A DNA stretch of 63,692 bases, counting the filler, from Octopus bimaculoides (lineage: Eukaryota), in the NCBI RefSeq assembly GCF_001194135.2. It is 6 parts of 4 records of this genome, joined end to end, with 100 filler letters (N's around TTAATTAATTAA, not from the genome) between each part and the next. Parts side by side here need not be neighbours in the genome. Positions count along the whole stretch, not along the records: positions 60,780 to 63,692 come from NC_068985.1; 5 more parts are not named here. One strand, given 5' to 3'. A program made the position numbers and the translations under genes. A model generated the notes under the pieces. The model did not search any database. It saw nothing but the letters and a program-made list of their open reading frames with translations, and was not told where the DNA came from. Every line of letters starts with the position of its first letter. Positions within the stretch are counted from its first letter, which is position 1. This document shows, piece by piece, positions 63,661 to 63,692 of the stretch.

Positions 63661-63692
<32 letters not shown>

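Overview
AT-rich, microsatellite-dense eukaryotic genomic DNA from a gappy draft assembly (about 8 kb of N by my rough count). The repeat landscape points to a cephalopod, Octopus-like genome; this is inference. Only one host coding segment is supportable: exon 1 of a cytoplasmic intermediate-filament (IF) gene on the minus strand (34721-34261), with a strong GTAAGT donor and a TATA-type promoter candidate. I could not find exon 2 in the 34 kb downstream. Everything else recognisable is mobile DNA: two decayed Penelope-like elements (PLEs), R4/Dong and CR1-type LINE fragments, three IS630-Tc1-mariner pseudogenes (DD34D, DD34E-type, DD36E), Helitron pieces, MITEs, several tRNA-headed SINE families and an inverted pair of LTR-like elements. 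The most interesting signal is a set of minimal hammerhead-ribozyme motifs from two families. In one family a tRNA-like Pol III A/B-box cassette sits just upstream of the hammerhead inside the PLE pseudo-LTR, and the same module also occurs without adjacent coding sequence. The second most interesting signal is a 76-nt PBS/anti-PBS hairpin ending in CCA at the end of the LTR-like elements. No CRISPR array, rRNA or credible tRNA gene was seen. All family assignments come from manual motif reading, not database searches.
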